Virus record (IMG/VR): IMGVR_UViG_3300035117_000094
Coordinates: 1 to 64,000 of that record
From: a virus
DNA: 64,000 bases
Strand: one strand, 5' to 3'
Below are positions 1 through 8,462 of this stretch, piece by piece. The position numbers and the translations under genes are program-made. The stretch's first letter is position 1. The number at the start of each line of letters is the position of its first letter. The notes under the pieces were generated by a model. It was not told the DNA's origin. It saw nothing but the letters and a program-made list of their open reading frames with translations, and ran no database searches.

Positions 1-186
1 GTCCTGCCATTCGAATGGTCAAAAAAACCGCCTTCTCATATGCGAGAACGTGCTTACCAATATCGTTAGCTAGAGTAATTACTGCGCTTGGTAGGCGCAT
101 TCTCTTTAATGGAAACGAGCTTATCGATTTAGCTTGGCTATGCTATCGCATACGGCTAGCGCCATTGGCTCGGCATGAGAGTGCGC

Positions 187-416
187 TTACCACGCAGCCA
201 CCCATGCCCTTACCACATAGGCAGCATGCCCCTACCACGTAGCCACCCATGCCCTTACCACATAGGCAGCATGCGCCTACCACGTAGCCACCCGTGCCCT
301 TACCACATAGGCAGCATGCGCCTACCACGTAGCCACCCGTGCCCTTACCACATAGGCAGCATGCGCCTACCACGTAGCCACCCGTGCCCTTACCACATAG
401 GCAGCATGCCCCTACC
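187..416. repeat. 45-bp tandem repeat, 5 copies, degenerate tail to ~500
   Basis: Unit (C/T)TACCACGTAGCCACCC(G/A)TGCCCTTACCACATAGGCAGCATGC(G/C)C at 187, 232, 277, 322, 367; each unit has two TACCAC-N-TAG half-units. Confidence 0.95.
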
Positions 417-600
417 GCACCATGGCTATGGCCTTACCTCGCAGGCAGGCCACCATTACCGCATAAGCAGCATGCCCTTACCTCGCAGGCAGGCCACCGT
501 TACCGCCACTTGCAACCCCCGTTCTGCCTAACCCTGGCTGGCATTCCCGCCATGGCAGAATGCCGTTACCGCACTCGCAGCTAAGTTACCGCCAGGTAGT

Positions 601-715
601 GAGAACGCCGTTCTCCGTTAACGCAATACACCGTTCCAAGCGCTCACAGCGCCATGGCGCTGCGCGACCCCCGTTTGCATGCCCGTACCCGTAACGCACT
701 GAGAACGTCATTCTC
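601..715. promoter_or_regulatory. Pair of operator-like palindromes
   Basis: GAGAACGCCGTTCTC (601-615) and GAGAACGTCATTCTC (701-715), 100 bp apart. Confidence 0.45.
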
Positions 716-796
716 GCAGGTCAAAGGCGTATTACGCACGTGTAAACCGAACAGTCCCGCAGCGCTCGAATACACGTCGCATGCACGCGTGTTCGC

Positions 797-901
797 TGTA
801 ACCGTGTAACCGTAGCGTAGTTCGAAATTCGCGAGTAATTACCGCCCTGGCCAGCGCTTATGTCGTGTAACCGTAAGGTGTCCGATTCCGCTGTAACCGT
901 A
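797..901 (+). repeat. Four TGTAACCGT direct repeats
   Basis: Copies at 797, 805, 866, 892. Confidence 0.7.
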
Positions 902-1337
902 GGCCGCGCCTCACCTCGCAGTCATGCACGCACGGTAGCTAGCCGTCACGCTACGTTGAATAGCGTCGCGCGGCGCTGTAAGCCTCTGTGAGCTGCTTTC
1001 ACGCTGGCATTCAGCCCGAAACCGAGCCTGCCCCGTTAACGCGCTTCACAGTGCCCCGTAGCGCGCTACAGCCTAGGTTCCGTCCCGTACGCGCATGCGC
1101 GCGTGTCGCGTGCCCGTTCCGCCTCAGCTCGCATCTCGGCTGGCTAGTGTTCGGTAGTTCGAACATCACGCAGTCACGACAACTCACGCAAAGTAGTTTT
1201 TTCGCTCGATACAGCCCTTGACCTGCGCTTTCATCAGTGTGACCGGCGTCACATTTTCCCCGCCAACCCGCATGCGCGTTCGAATCACCCGGCCTGGCCT
1301 GCGTGTATACCCTTCACACAAGCCGTTTGACGCCGTT

Positions 1338-1365
1338 TTGATTATTCACAGCGTTGCCGTAGTGT
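1338..1365 (+). promoter_or_regulatory. Putative sigma-A/HrdB-type early promoter
   Basis: TTGATT-N16-TAGTGT directly before the structured region starting ~1373. Confidence 0.5.
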
Positions 1366-1372
1366 TCCTCTT

Positions 1373-1856
1373 GTCCGGCCAGCACGGCGGACACGGAGCA
1401 AGCGGAAGCTCTCCACGAGCCGGCCTAGAGTCTGCGCGCTACGCACGATTGGTAGAAGGCGGAAATTCGGGCCTGTATGCAAGCAAGCGGGATAGTGCCC
1501 CGTAGCTTGGCTCAAACGGGCACCAAACGCACGCTGCGCGATGACGTTGCTTGAATGGCCATATAGGCCGGCAATGAGCGGTAACCAGCAACCTAACGGC
1601 TAAGTGCGACCCCCGTTAAACAAGCTTTCGCAATGCCATGCTGCCTAGCAACCAGCGTGGTACCGCGTGAAATAACGCGCTGCGCATGCCATGCGTTCCA
1701 GCCGGTGAATACACCCGGCTCTCTCCGGTTACCGGTTCCGAGTCACTGACTCCCGTTAACCCAATGGTGAGGCTACCTACAGCCTCAATTCCTGTATGGC
1801 CCTGAATGCGCAGCGCGTGAAAGTCGCGCTTCACTACAATACGTTAGGAGTCGCAA
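1373..1856 (+). ncRNA. Candidate large structured RNA / 5' leader
   Basis: Nested long-range helices 1419-1427/1564-1572 (9 bp), 1480-1486/1547-1553, 1675-1687/1806-1818 (13 bp perfect), 1688-1694/1794-1800, plus many local hairpins; no credible ORF. Confidence 0.6.
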
Positions 1857-1916
1857 ATGTGCCCTGATTGTGACCGTACGCTAGTCAATGGTCAGTGTCC
1901 CGCTTGCGATCAATAG
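1857..1916 (+). CDS. 19-aa zinc-ribbon micro-peptide MCPDCDRTLVNGQCPACDQ
   Basis: AGGAG SD 6 nt upstream of ATG; two CxxC motifs; TAG followed by a type-B-like element, as for other early genes. Confidence 0.55.
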   Translation: MCPDCDRTLVNGQCPACDQ

Positions 1917-1965
1917 CAGTACCGCGCGCCACGGTGCCCGCAAGGGATAACCACGTAAGTCGCGC
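1914..1965 (+). repeat. Minimal type-B-like element (B0)
   Basis: TAG...CACGGTGCCC-GCAA-GGGA..CCACGT shares the CACGGTGCCC/GGGA base with B2/B3. Confidence 0.4.
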
Positions 1966-2249
1966 ATTCCTTTGGTTAGCGTCGTTTCTGCCCCCGATTG
2001 CAGCGGATTGGCCACGTCATCGCATGTTGGCTGCAATTCGCCTAAGCGGATAACGAAACGCCGCTTTCCATGGGAATTCAGTTCCCTGATAGCGTGATTG
2101 CACGCGCTAAATGATCCGCAAACCGGGAAAACGGTACGTCATGGGTAACGCTCCTGTTGCGCTATGCCCGCACTGCCGGCTACAGGTAACCGGACAATTC
2201 CGCGTGCAATCACCTATCATCCGTAGTATCAGCGTAAGGAACAACCACG

Positions 2250-2537
2250 ATGGCACTCCTGCTAGAGGCTGGCCAGACAATCGGCGCTATGATCGCGTTG
2301 TGCGTGCTGCCACTTGCCTACTCCCGGACTCGCCGAGTCACGTTCGCAGTCATGGCTTTTGCCAAGCGCCGCGCGCCACGGTGGCTAGTGCCCGTACTGG
2401 TGGCTTGCGCTTTCATCCCAGGTCCCCTAGACGAGCTGCTAGTCCTAGCAGCTGTTGCCTATCCGGTTCTCAAGTCGCAGGCTAACCGCGCGGAATTCAA
2501 GTCGTGCGTTAGCGGCGCTTGGAAGGGAAGCAAGTGA
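2250..2537 (+). CDS. Hypothetical membrane protein
   Basis: AAGGA SD; hydrophobic segments; FIPGPLDE motif. Confidence 0.7.
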   Translation: MALLLEAGQTIGAMIALCVLPLAYSRTRRVTFAVMAFAKRRAPRWLVPVLVACAFIPGPLDELLVLAAVAYPVLKSQANRAEFKSCVSGAWKGSK

Positions 2538-2953
2538 ACACGGAATTCGTCGCTCGCGAGCGTGCCCGCATGGCACGAGAAGCGGCTGGCATCATGCCCG
2601 CATCGCTCACGGCCACGATGGAAGGGCGCGGCATGAACCGCACTCCCCCTCACGTGGCTACTCCTCAGGTCGCAGGCGTAATGGCGACTCGTCACGATGT
2701 AGACTTCACTCCGCACTCTGGTCAGCGCATGCGCCGACGCGCGTCACAGCGCCACAAGGGGCACAAGTTCACGCGGTTCGGTGCCATCGGCGCGATACCG
2801 CGCGGCGTTGCCGACACGGCTACCTCTGGCCGTGCCCGCCGCGCGAGCGATGCCGATAGCGGCGCTAGCACGTACGGTAGCCTGCCGGCGTTGCCCCCCG
2901 CTGGCATGACTGACCTGTCAATGCGGTATGAGCCAAACGGGCGGAACCTGTAA
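2534..2953 (+). CDS. Hypothetical basic protein
   Basis: GTGA overlap with upstream stop. Confidence 0.55.
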   Translation: MNTEFVARERARMAREAAGIMPASLTATMEGRGMNRTPPHVATPQVAGVMATRHDVDFTPHSGQRMRRRASQRHKGHKFTRFGAIGAIPRGVADTATSGRARRASDADSGASTYGSLPALPPAGMTDLSMRYEPNGRNL

Positions 2954-2955
2954 CC

Positions 2956-3375
2956 ATGAGTCACTACGCGTACTCTCCCGTAGGGTACTCATTCAACGCT
3001 GATGACTACTGCCTAGACTGCATTCCGCAGGTAGCCGCGATAGCCGGTAAGGGCAACGGTGGTAACGGCAGTAAGCGCGGGGAATGCAACTGCGCGGAGT
3101 GCCGACTTGACCGCATGGCAGCGGCGCGCGGCATCAATCGCATGGATGAGCGCACCTTTGACAGTGGCGACTTTCCCAAGCACATTCCGTACCACAATGA
3201 CATTCACTCGGAATGCGGCCCTGATCACTATCAGGATGAGGATCACCCGTCTGAGTGGTCATGCTACGCGCGCTGCGGGAAATGCCACAAGGTTATCGAT
3301 GGCACGAGCAACTCGTCCGGTCCTGACACGTGCCCGTCAATGCCGGAGCCTGCCGAGACTGAGGACGACGATTAG
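2956..3375 (+). CDS. Cys-rich hypothetical protein
   Basis: Several CxxC motifs; ends at element B1. Confidence 0.75.
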   Translation: MSHYAYSPVGYSFNADDYCLDCIPQVAAIAGKGNGGNGSKRGECNCAECRLDRMAAARGINRMDERTFDSGDFPKHIPYHNDIHSECGPDHYQDEDHPSEWSCYARCGKCHKVIDGTSNSSGPDTCPSMPEPAETEDDD

Positions 3376-3458
3376 CACGCCGGCACATGGTGAGGCTGGC
3401 CAGGCGCAAGGGCGGAGCCTGCCCTTTTTGACCTGGCCAGCAACGCCACGCGCTTACG
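3373..3458 (+). repeat. Type-B element B1 (diverged)
   Basis: TAG..CGCCGGCAC.TGGTG-[GCTGGCCAGG/CCTGGCCAGC hairpin]-ACGCCACGCGCTTACG. Confidence 0.75.
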
Positions 3459-3501
3459 CGCTGGCAGCAACCGACAGAACGCAAGGGAAGGGATAGCAGT
3501 C

Positions 3502-4005
3502 ATGCCCCGTAGCGTAACGGCAGTGGCCGATATGGCTGGCATGTGGTGGGACGCCGGCGTAGTGGAGTACGTCGGGCGGTTTGACGCGTCCGAATTCGCG
3601 CGTCGCATGCTGACCAGCACAGCGCACGCCGCACTGTGGGCCGACTCCTCGCATGATGAGGACACGGACGGGAACGGGAAGTTCACGGAGGAGATAGACG
3701 ACTACGCTAACGGCTATGCGCCGGATTACGAGGACGCGCTTCCCGACGACGCGCGAGTCCAGCTGGAAACGGATGTTGACGACTTCATTCGCTCGGCATG
3801 GGTGTACCTCACGCTTGACAACATCACTCCGGAGCAAGCGGGACACGATTTCGAGTTGTCCCGTAACGGCCACGGTGCCGGATTCTGGGACCGTGGCTAC
3901 TCGCACGGGGACGAGCTGCATTCACTCGCCGAACCGTATGGCACGTTCGGCTTGGACGTGTCCGGCCACGGTGAGGACATGACCGTTTACGGATTCCACG
4001 GCTAG
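3502..4005 (+). CDS. Acidic conserved phage protein (GHDF..SRNGHGAGFWDR motif)
   Basis: Recognisable phage motif; D/E-rich. Confidence 0.8.
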   Translation: MPRSVTAVADMAGMWWDAGVVEYVGRFDASEFARRMLTSTAHAALWADSSHDEDTDGNGKFTEEIDDYANGYAPDYEDALPDDARVQLETDVDDFIRSAWVYLTLDNITPEQAGHDFELSRNGHGAGFWDRGYSHGDELHSLAEPYGTFGLDVSGHGEDMTVYGFHG

Positions 4006-4006
4006 C

Positions 4007-4114
4007 ATGAATGACCAGCAACGCCGGCAACTGCACTTCTGGGTAGCCGTGCTATCCGTAGCTTGCTTCGTGCTGGGATTCACCCTAGCCCTAGCGATAA
4101 TGACAATGCCGTGA
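4007..4114 (+). CDS. Small membrane protein (35 aa)
   Basis: Starts 1 nt after upstream stop; single hydrophobic helix. Confidence 0.5.
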   Translation: MNDQQRRQLHFWVAVLSVACFVLGFTLALAIMTMP

Positions 4115-4156
4115 GCGCACCAATCTACGCATACCAGAGCTAAGGACAATAAGCGC

Positions 4157-4336
4157 ATGCGCAAGCTTCTACTCCCTGTCATCCTGGTCACGCTATTGTC
4201 GGCCGGCATCGCCGCAGGCATGGCCGCAGCGCCATTCCTCCACTTCAACGGGGGTGACTGGTCAGCGGGCACTAACACGGCGTACTGCGGCGTGTACTGG
4301 CCGCGCGCTGATTTCTACTGCCAGCGCGCTGGCTGA
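4157..4336 (+). CDS. Small secreted protein (59 aa)
   Basis: AAGGA SD; signal-peptide-like MRKLLLPVILVTLL; ends at element A1. Confidence 0.6.
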   Translation: MRKLLLPVILVTLLSAGIAAGMAAAPFLHFNGGDWSAGTNTAYCGVYWPRADFYCQRAG

Positions 4337-4399
4337 CACGACTGCCCCGTTAACGGCGTGATGCCGCCCGATCGGATCGGGCACGGGGCGCGCAGGCAT
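4334..4399 (+). repeat. Type-A element A1 (diverged)
   Basis: GCCCCGT-TAAC-GGCGTGATGCC-GCCCGAT CGG ATCGGGC-ACGGGGC-GCGC. Confidence 0.9.
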
Positions 4400-4421
4400 C
4401 ACCTATAAGAGAGGCTCGGCA

Positions 4422-4820
4422 ATGGCAGTCATGACGTACGGTACCGATACCGGTTACCCTGCCGTGATAGACGAGGACACCAAGGCGGTTACGTTCCGAT
4501 GCGTAGCGCATCAGGTTGACCCTAGCGCATGCGCGTTGTGCGCTGCCACGGAACGTGAGGGTTTCCTGGGCAAGCACACCACGCACTATCCCGCTTACGT
4601 CAACTCCCGTGGCACGCTGGTTACCACGTTCGGGGGATTCGAGCTTGGCGTCATCATCAGGTACCGTACGGGACGCCGGCGCTGCACTCCTACGGGCGGG
4701 TACTACCGGCTGGAGTACGTGACCGTCCGGGACGCCCATGGCGGTATCTGGCACGGTGCGCACAACAGCGACGGCGGTAACCTCGTGCTGCTGCGCAAGT
4801 CACGGAAGGCGGCGAGGTAA
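4422..4820 (+). CDS. Hypothetical protein
   Basis: GAGAGG SD after A1. Confidence 0.75.
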   Translation: MAVMTYGTDTGYPAVIDEDTKAVTFRCVAHQVDPSACALCAATEREGFLGKHTTHYPAYVNSRGTLVTTFGGFELGVIIRYRTGRRRCTPTGGYYRLEYVTVRDAHGGIWHGAHNSDGGNLVLLRKSRKAAR

Positions 4821-5299
4821 TGCCCGCGACACTGACAGAGCATCCCGGCATCGTTGACCAGGGGACGCCTCACGAATTCTACAGTCCGTTCATCAAGTGG
4901 GAAGCCGAAAGCACGTCGGGCAGGTACGGGGAAGTGCAGCGACGCGGGCGGGCAGCGCAGATCAGCGCCGCAAAGCGCGCTTGGGTCAAGGCTCACCCGG
5001 GGCATTTCCTGTTCCTCTGTGATCGCAGCTACTCTGAGACCTGGGGTTTCCTTCACCAGTCAGCATTCCGTTACCGCGTCATCAGGTGCGACGCGATTAC
5101 CGGCGACGTGAGCAGCATGAATTGCTCGGATGACCTGCGCGTTGTCTGGTATGGCAAGGAGACTCCGGCGCTGGCATGCGGCTATCACGCGGGTAACTAC
5201 CCGTGCGCGGTCTACCGTGGCCATCACATCCGCGCGGCATACGAGGCTGAGCAGTACGCGAAGCTTAACGGCAAAATCTGGAAATGGCCCTACAAGTAG
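4820..5299 (+). CDS. Hypothetical protein
   Basis: TAATG coupling. Confidence 0.7.
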   Translation: MPATLTEHPGIVDQGTPHEFYSPFIKWEAESTSGRYGEVQRRGRAAQISAAKRAWVKAHPGHFLFLCDRSYSETWGFLHQSAFRYRVIRCDAITGDVSSMNCSDDLRVVWYGKETPALACGYHAGNYPCAVYRGHHIRAAYEAEQYAKLNGKIWKWPYK

Positions 5300-5311
5300 A
5301 GAGGTAATCGC

Positions 5312-5569
5312 GTGACCGGATTCGTTGGCGGTTACAGGGACATGGCCGGCATCACGAGCCGCGCTAACAGCGCACTGTGCCGGATTGAGTACATCCACGG
5401 CATGGGGCACCTTCCCCCCGCCGTGAGGCTTGCCCTGATCGCCGAGGTGATCGCGCATGAGCCGATCCTCACTGACACGTGCCCCGCCGCGTATACGGTG
5501 CGCGAGCTAGCGTGGCCTGCGCAAGGCAGCGCGCCGCGCGTCCACTGGGACGGCAGGCTAGGGCGGTGA
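5312..5569 (+). CDS. Hypothetical protein
   Basis: GAGAGG SD. Confidence 0.6.
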   Translation: MTGFVGGYRDMAGITSRANSALCRIEYIHGMGHLPPAVRLALIAEVIAHEPILTDTCPAAYTVRELAWPAQGSAPRVHWDGRLGR

Positions 5570-5847
5570 AGATAACCACGAACAACGTCCCGCGATTCAC
5601 CGTGGACAGTTGGGATCTAACGCCGGCGGAACGCGAGGAGTTCGATTACCTGGACTGGCCGGCGCTTGATGAGGGAACCGATAGCGCGACGTTCTTCCGC
5701 TACAAGGGCACCGTTTACGGCCTTGACCAGTTCATGCGCACGGGTCAAGAGGGATGGGAGGGGTACCTCGCATTCTCCTGGTCATGTGGCCTGCTTATCC
5801 GCCTGCCAGACGAGGACACGGTGGTTGTGGGGTTCTTCTCCGGCTAG
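5566..5847 (+). CDS. Conserved phage protein (TNNVPR..EFDYL..FFRYKG)
   Basis: GTGA overlap; recognisable phage motif; ends at B2. Confidence 0.8.
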   Translation: MKITTNNVPRFTVDSWDLTPAEREEFDYLDWPALDEGTDSATFFRYKGTVYGLDQFMRTGQEGWEGYLAFSWSCGLLIRLPDEDTVVVGFFSG

Positions 5848-5927
5848 CGCCGGCGCACGGTGCCCTTCCGCCTGGTCCTGGCCGGCGCTGGCCAAGACCA
5901 GGCGGAACGGGACGCCGCGTGCTTACG
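5841..5927 (+). repeat. Type-B element B2
   Basis: 87 bp identical to 7333-7419; long bulged hairpin TTCCGCCTGGTC/GACCAGGCGGAA. Confidence 0.95.
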
Positions 5928-5962
5928 CACGGCAATCCGATACGAGACGAGAGGAAAAGCAC

Positions 5963-6271
5963 GTGCCCGTTAAGGTACCATCGGCCGACCAGAGGGTTAC
6001 CGCGCAAGCTGCGGCTGAGTACTTCTGGCTAGTGGCCACGCGCGATGACCGCACCGTGAGCACTTACGACACGGCTTACTACATCACGGCCAAGCGCGCG
6101 TTCATCGTCGCTGTAAGGCAGGCATACGGCATCGGGGCACGACGGGCGGAACGGGTTTACGAGGCGCTTTCCGCCTACGGGCCATACGACACGCTTTCGG
6201 GCACCACGGGACGCGGCGTTGAGTCCTACGTGCAATTCGTCGTTAAGTACCCGCGAGAGAAGGTTTACTGA
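5963..6271 (+). CDS. Hypothetical protein
   Basis: GAGAGG SD before GTG, after B2. Confidence 0.7.
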   Translation: MPVKVPSADQRVTAQAAAEYFWLVATRDDRTVSTYDTAYYITAKRAFIVAVRQAYGIGARRAERVYEALSAYGPYDTLSGTTGRGVESYVQFVVKYPREKVY

Positions 6272-6669
6272 TGAGCGACGAAATGCGAGTTAGGTTCCCC
6301 GCCGGCGCGCGGGTACTGTGGACGGGCAGCAGTCCCCGCCCGTTCTCACAGAACGTGAACGCGCCGGCGAAGGTGCAAGGATGGCAGCGCGATTCCCTCA
6401 CTCGCGGCCACCTGGTCTTCTACGTGTCGCTAGACGGCGGCCCGAGCCACGCCACGGCGGGCGATTCCCAGCTGCGCTACCCGTGCCCGCAATGCGGGGA
6501 GCCGCTGGAATGGCGCGGCCCGTTTGACGGGCGGGCGGCGTCCACGGGAGTCACGGGCGGGCATGAGGGGTTCGGCGAAACGCTGATGTGCGACGCCGGC
6601 CACTGGCACGCGTTCATTCAGCTTGGCGTGATACCTCCCGAGCGCATCCTTACCGTGATCGACCTCTAG
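6271..6669 (+). CDS. Hypothetical protein with zinc-ribbon (CPQC..CxxxH)
   Basis: TGATG coupling; ends at A2. Confidence 0.7.
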   Translation: MSDEMRVRFPAGARVLWTGSSPRPFSQNVNAPAKVQGWQRDSLTRGHLVFYVSLDGGPSHATAGDSQLRYPCPQCGEPLEWRGPFDGRAASTGVTGGHEGFGETLMCDAGHWHAFIQLGVIPPERILTVIDL

Positions 6670-6731
6670 CACGGAGCCTCGTCAACGGCGTGATGCCGCC
6701 CTGTCGAACGGGGCACGAGGCGCGCAAGGAC
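6667..6731 (+). repeat. Type-A element A2
   Basis: GGAGCCTCGTCAACGGCGTGATGCCGCCCTGTCGAACGGGGCACGAGGCGCGCAAGG. Confidence 0.95.
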
Positions 6732-6757
6732 ACCAACCACGATCGAAGGGTAATTCA

Positions 6758-7339
6758 ATGGCTTGGAACGTTTACGCGATGCGCACGGCTAACCAGGGCA
6801 AGGGCGGTCACTGGTTTGATGCGGGCGCAATGCGCTTCTTCAATGGCCGCATCAGCGGGGAGGTTCACAGCGCGGGCAAGAATGCCGGCCAGTACTTCGT
6901 GTCATCCGAGCGGTACGACGACGACACGCCGCGCCTCTACTCAGTGCGCCGGTTCGATCCTGAGACGGCCGACGTGATGGATGCCCCGGGGCATCACTTC
7001 CAGGAGTACGCGTCATTGTCCGGCGCGCACGGCGCGGCCAAGCGCGCGGCGGCCAAGGAGGCGGCGACGGGATGGTGCAAGCGAGACGCCGACGCGCATT
7101 CCGGCCACCTGAGAGGGAGTGACAAGGCGTGCCCGAACTGCGGGACAATCGCGCTGGCCAAGACGGACGAGTGGATGATCACGGGCATCGCGTCCGATGG
7201 TAACCGGGCGCGGTTCGTCATCCACGACTCGCGCGAGTTCGCCGACGTGGCCGCGCACGCTGCGGAATCGGCTGCCCGCGTGTGGGGGGAAGGCTGCCTG
7301 ATAACTAACCTCACCATGCAAGAGGCAACACGCGGCTAG
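6758..7339 (+). CDS. Conserved phage protein (GHWFD..MRFF..YFVSSE..R.YSVR)
   Basis: Recognisable phage motif; bounded by A2 and B3. Confidence 0.8.
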   Translation: MAWNVYAMRTANQGKGGHWFDAGAMRFFNGRISGEVHSAGKNAGQYFVSSERYDDDTPRLYSVRRFDPETADVMDAPGHHFQEYASLSGAHGAAKRAAAKEAATGWCKRDADAHSGHLRGSDKACPNCGTIALAKTDEWMITGIASDGNRARFVIHDSREFADVAAHAAESAARVWGEGCLITNLTMQEATRG

Positions 7340-7419
7340 CGCCGGCGCACGGTGCCCTTCCGCCTGGTCCTGGCCGGCGCTGGCCAAGACCAGGCGGAAC
7401 GGGACGCCGCGTGCTTACG
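7333..7419 (+). repeat. Type-B element B3
   Basis: Identical to 5841-5927. Confidence 0.95.
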
Positions 7420-7460
7420 TGAATAGCACGAAACCTGCCCACATCACGAGAGGTACGACG

Positions 7461-7634
7461 ATGGACCTTGACACGCGCGCCACTGCTCCCGGTTTCTACG
7501 TGGAATCGCTGGAGGGTAACGAGTGGCTGACATTCAAGGCCGGCACGCGGAAGCGCGCCAAGCGCGCGGCCAGCCGGCGACTCCGCCACACGACGCGGGC
7601 CAAGCTCCGCCGCGCGGATTACAGCGACTTCTAG
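7461..7634 (+). CDS. Small basic hypothetical protein
   Basis: GAGAGG SD; bounded by B3 and A3. Confidence 0.6.
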   Translation: MDLDTRATAPGFYVESLEGNEWLTFKAGTRKRAKRAASRRLRHTTRAKLRRADYSDF

Positions 7635-7698
7635 CACGAGGAGCCTCGTTAACGGCGTGATGCCGCCCTGTCGAACGGGGCACGAGGCGCGCAAGGCA
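7632..7698 (+). repeat. Type-A element A3
   Basis: Near-identical to A2. Confidence 0.95.
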
Positions 7699-7726
7699 CC
7701 CCACCACATGAGAGGCATAACCAGTC

Positions 7727-8242
7727 ATGGGACACAAGCCACTGCCCGCGCACCGAGACGACCTGTTTTACCGTCACACGGTGCTGCCCGCCGCGCGCCG
7801 CATCGCGGCCAGCATCATCGACGACGCGCGGGCCAGCACCACGCCCGTCGCGTGGGTCACGGGCAATTCCTACATGCCGCCGGCGCGGTCGTTCACCGAA
7901 TTCGAGATGGTCTGGCAGCACCGCCTTAACGAGAGCACGCCGGAACGCCCGTACGCCGGCGGCCAGATGTCAGAGGCGATGTGGGAGGAGATCGAGCGAA
8001 TCCTCACTGAGGCGGACGTGTACACGGCGTGCCCCGACTACGATAACTCCATCTACGCGGTTGACTCCCGCCGCTGGGAGTACATCGGAGAAGACAACCC
8101 CGCGTTTGACGAGTTCGACATGAACGGGGAGTACCTGCCCGTGGTGCGCGCCGGCGTGACGTGCCCCGAGTGCGGTAAGTCGCACAAGGCAGGATCGGCA
8201 ACGCTGGCCAAGTGCGCCACGGCGCGCGGGCTGCCGGCGTGA
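7727..8242 (+). CDS. Hypothetical protein, C-terminal CPEC..H..C
   Basis: GAGAGG SD after A3. Confidence 0.75.
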   Translation: MGHKPLPAHRDDLFYRHTVLPAARRIAASIIDDARASTTPVAWVTGNSYMPPARSFTEFEMVWQHRLNESTPERPYAGGQMSEAMWEEIERILTEADVYTACPDYDNSIYAVDSRRWEYIGEDNPAFDEFDMNGEYLPVVRAGVTCPECGKSHKAGSATLAKCATARGLPA

Positions 8243-8400
8243 CCGGGGAGCCTGCCCCGCTGACCGATACGCGGGAGGCGCTGGCCGCCATGTGCGAGGA
8301 CGAAACTTACGCGCCATGGCTAGCACGGCAGGAGGCGAACAGCCGGCCCGTGGGAATGGTGCGGTTCGCCGATGATCCTGCCAAGGATTACCAGGTATGA
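8239..8400 (+). CDS. Small hypothetical protein
   Basis: GTGA overlap; ends at A4. Confidence 0.55.
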   Translation: MTGEPAPLTDTREALAAMCEDETYAPWLARQEANSRPVGMVRFADDPAKDYQV

Positions 8401-8403
8401 GAA

Positions 8404-8462
8404 GGAGCCTCGTCAACGGCGTGATGCCGCCCTGCCGAACGGGGCACGAGGCGCGCAAGGAC
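8404..8462 (+). repeat. Type-A element A4
   Basis: One substitution vs A2. Confidence 0.95.

Noticed and set aside
187-416. CRISPR array or repeat-protein ORFs (143-373, 175-531)
   Set aside because: Units abut with no unique spacers; the ORFs are just the 45-bp period read in frame, with no SD
1373-1856. Group I/II intron, tmRNA or RNase P
   Set aside because: No convincing P7 or domain-V core, no tRNA-like ends, no RNase P P4 signature, and no interrupted gene
5845-5927. HDV-like ribozyme in type-B elements
   Set aside because: A P1-like pairing exists but there is no P3/L3 or J4/2, and it is not kept in copy B1
6676-6725. Hammerhead ribozyme in type-A elements (GTC..TGATG..GAAC)
   Set aside because: CUGANGA and the GAAA after stem II are missing
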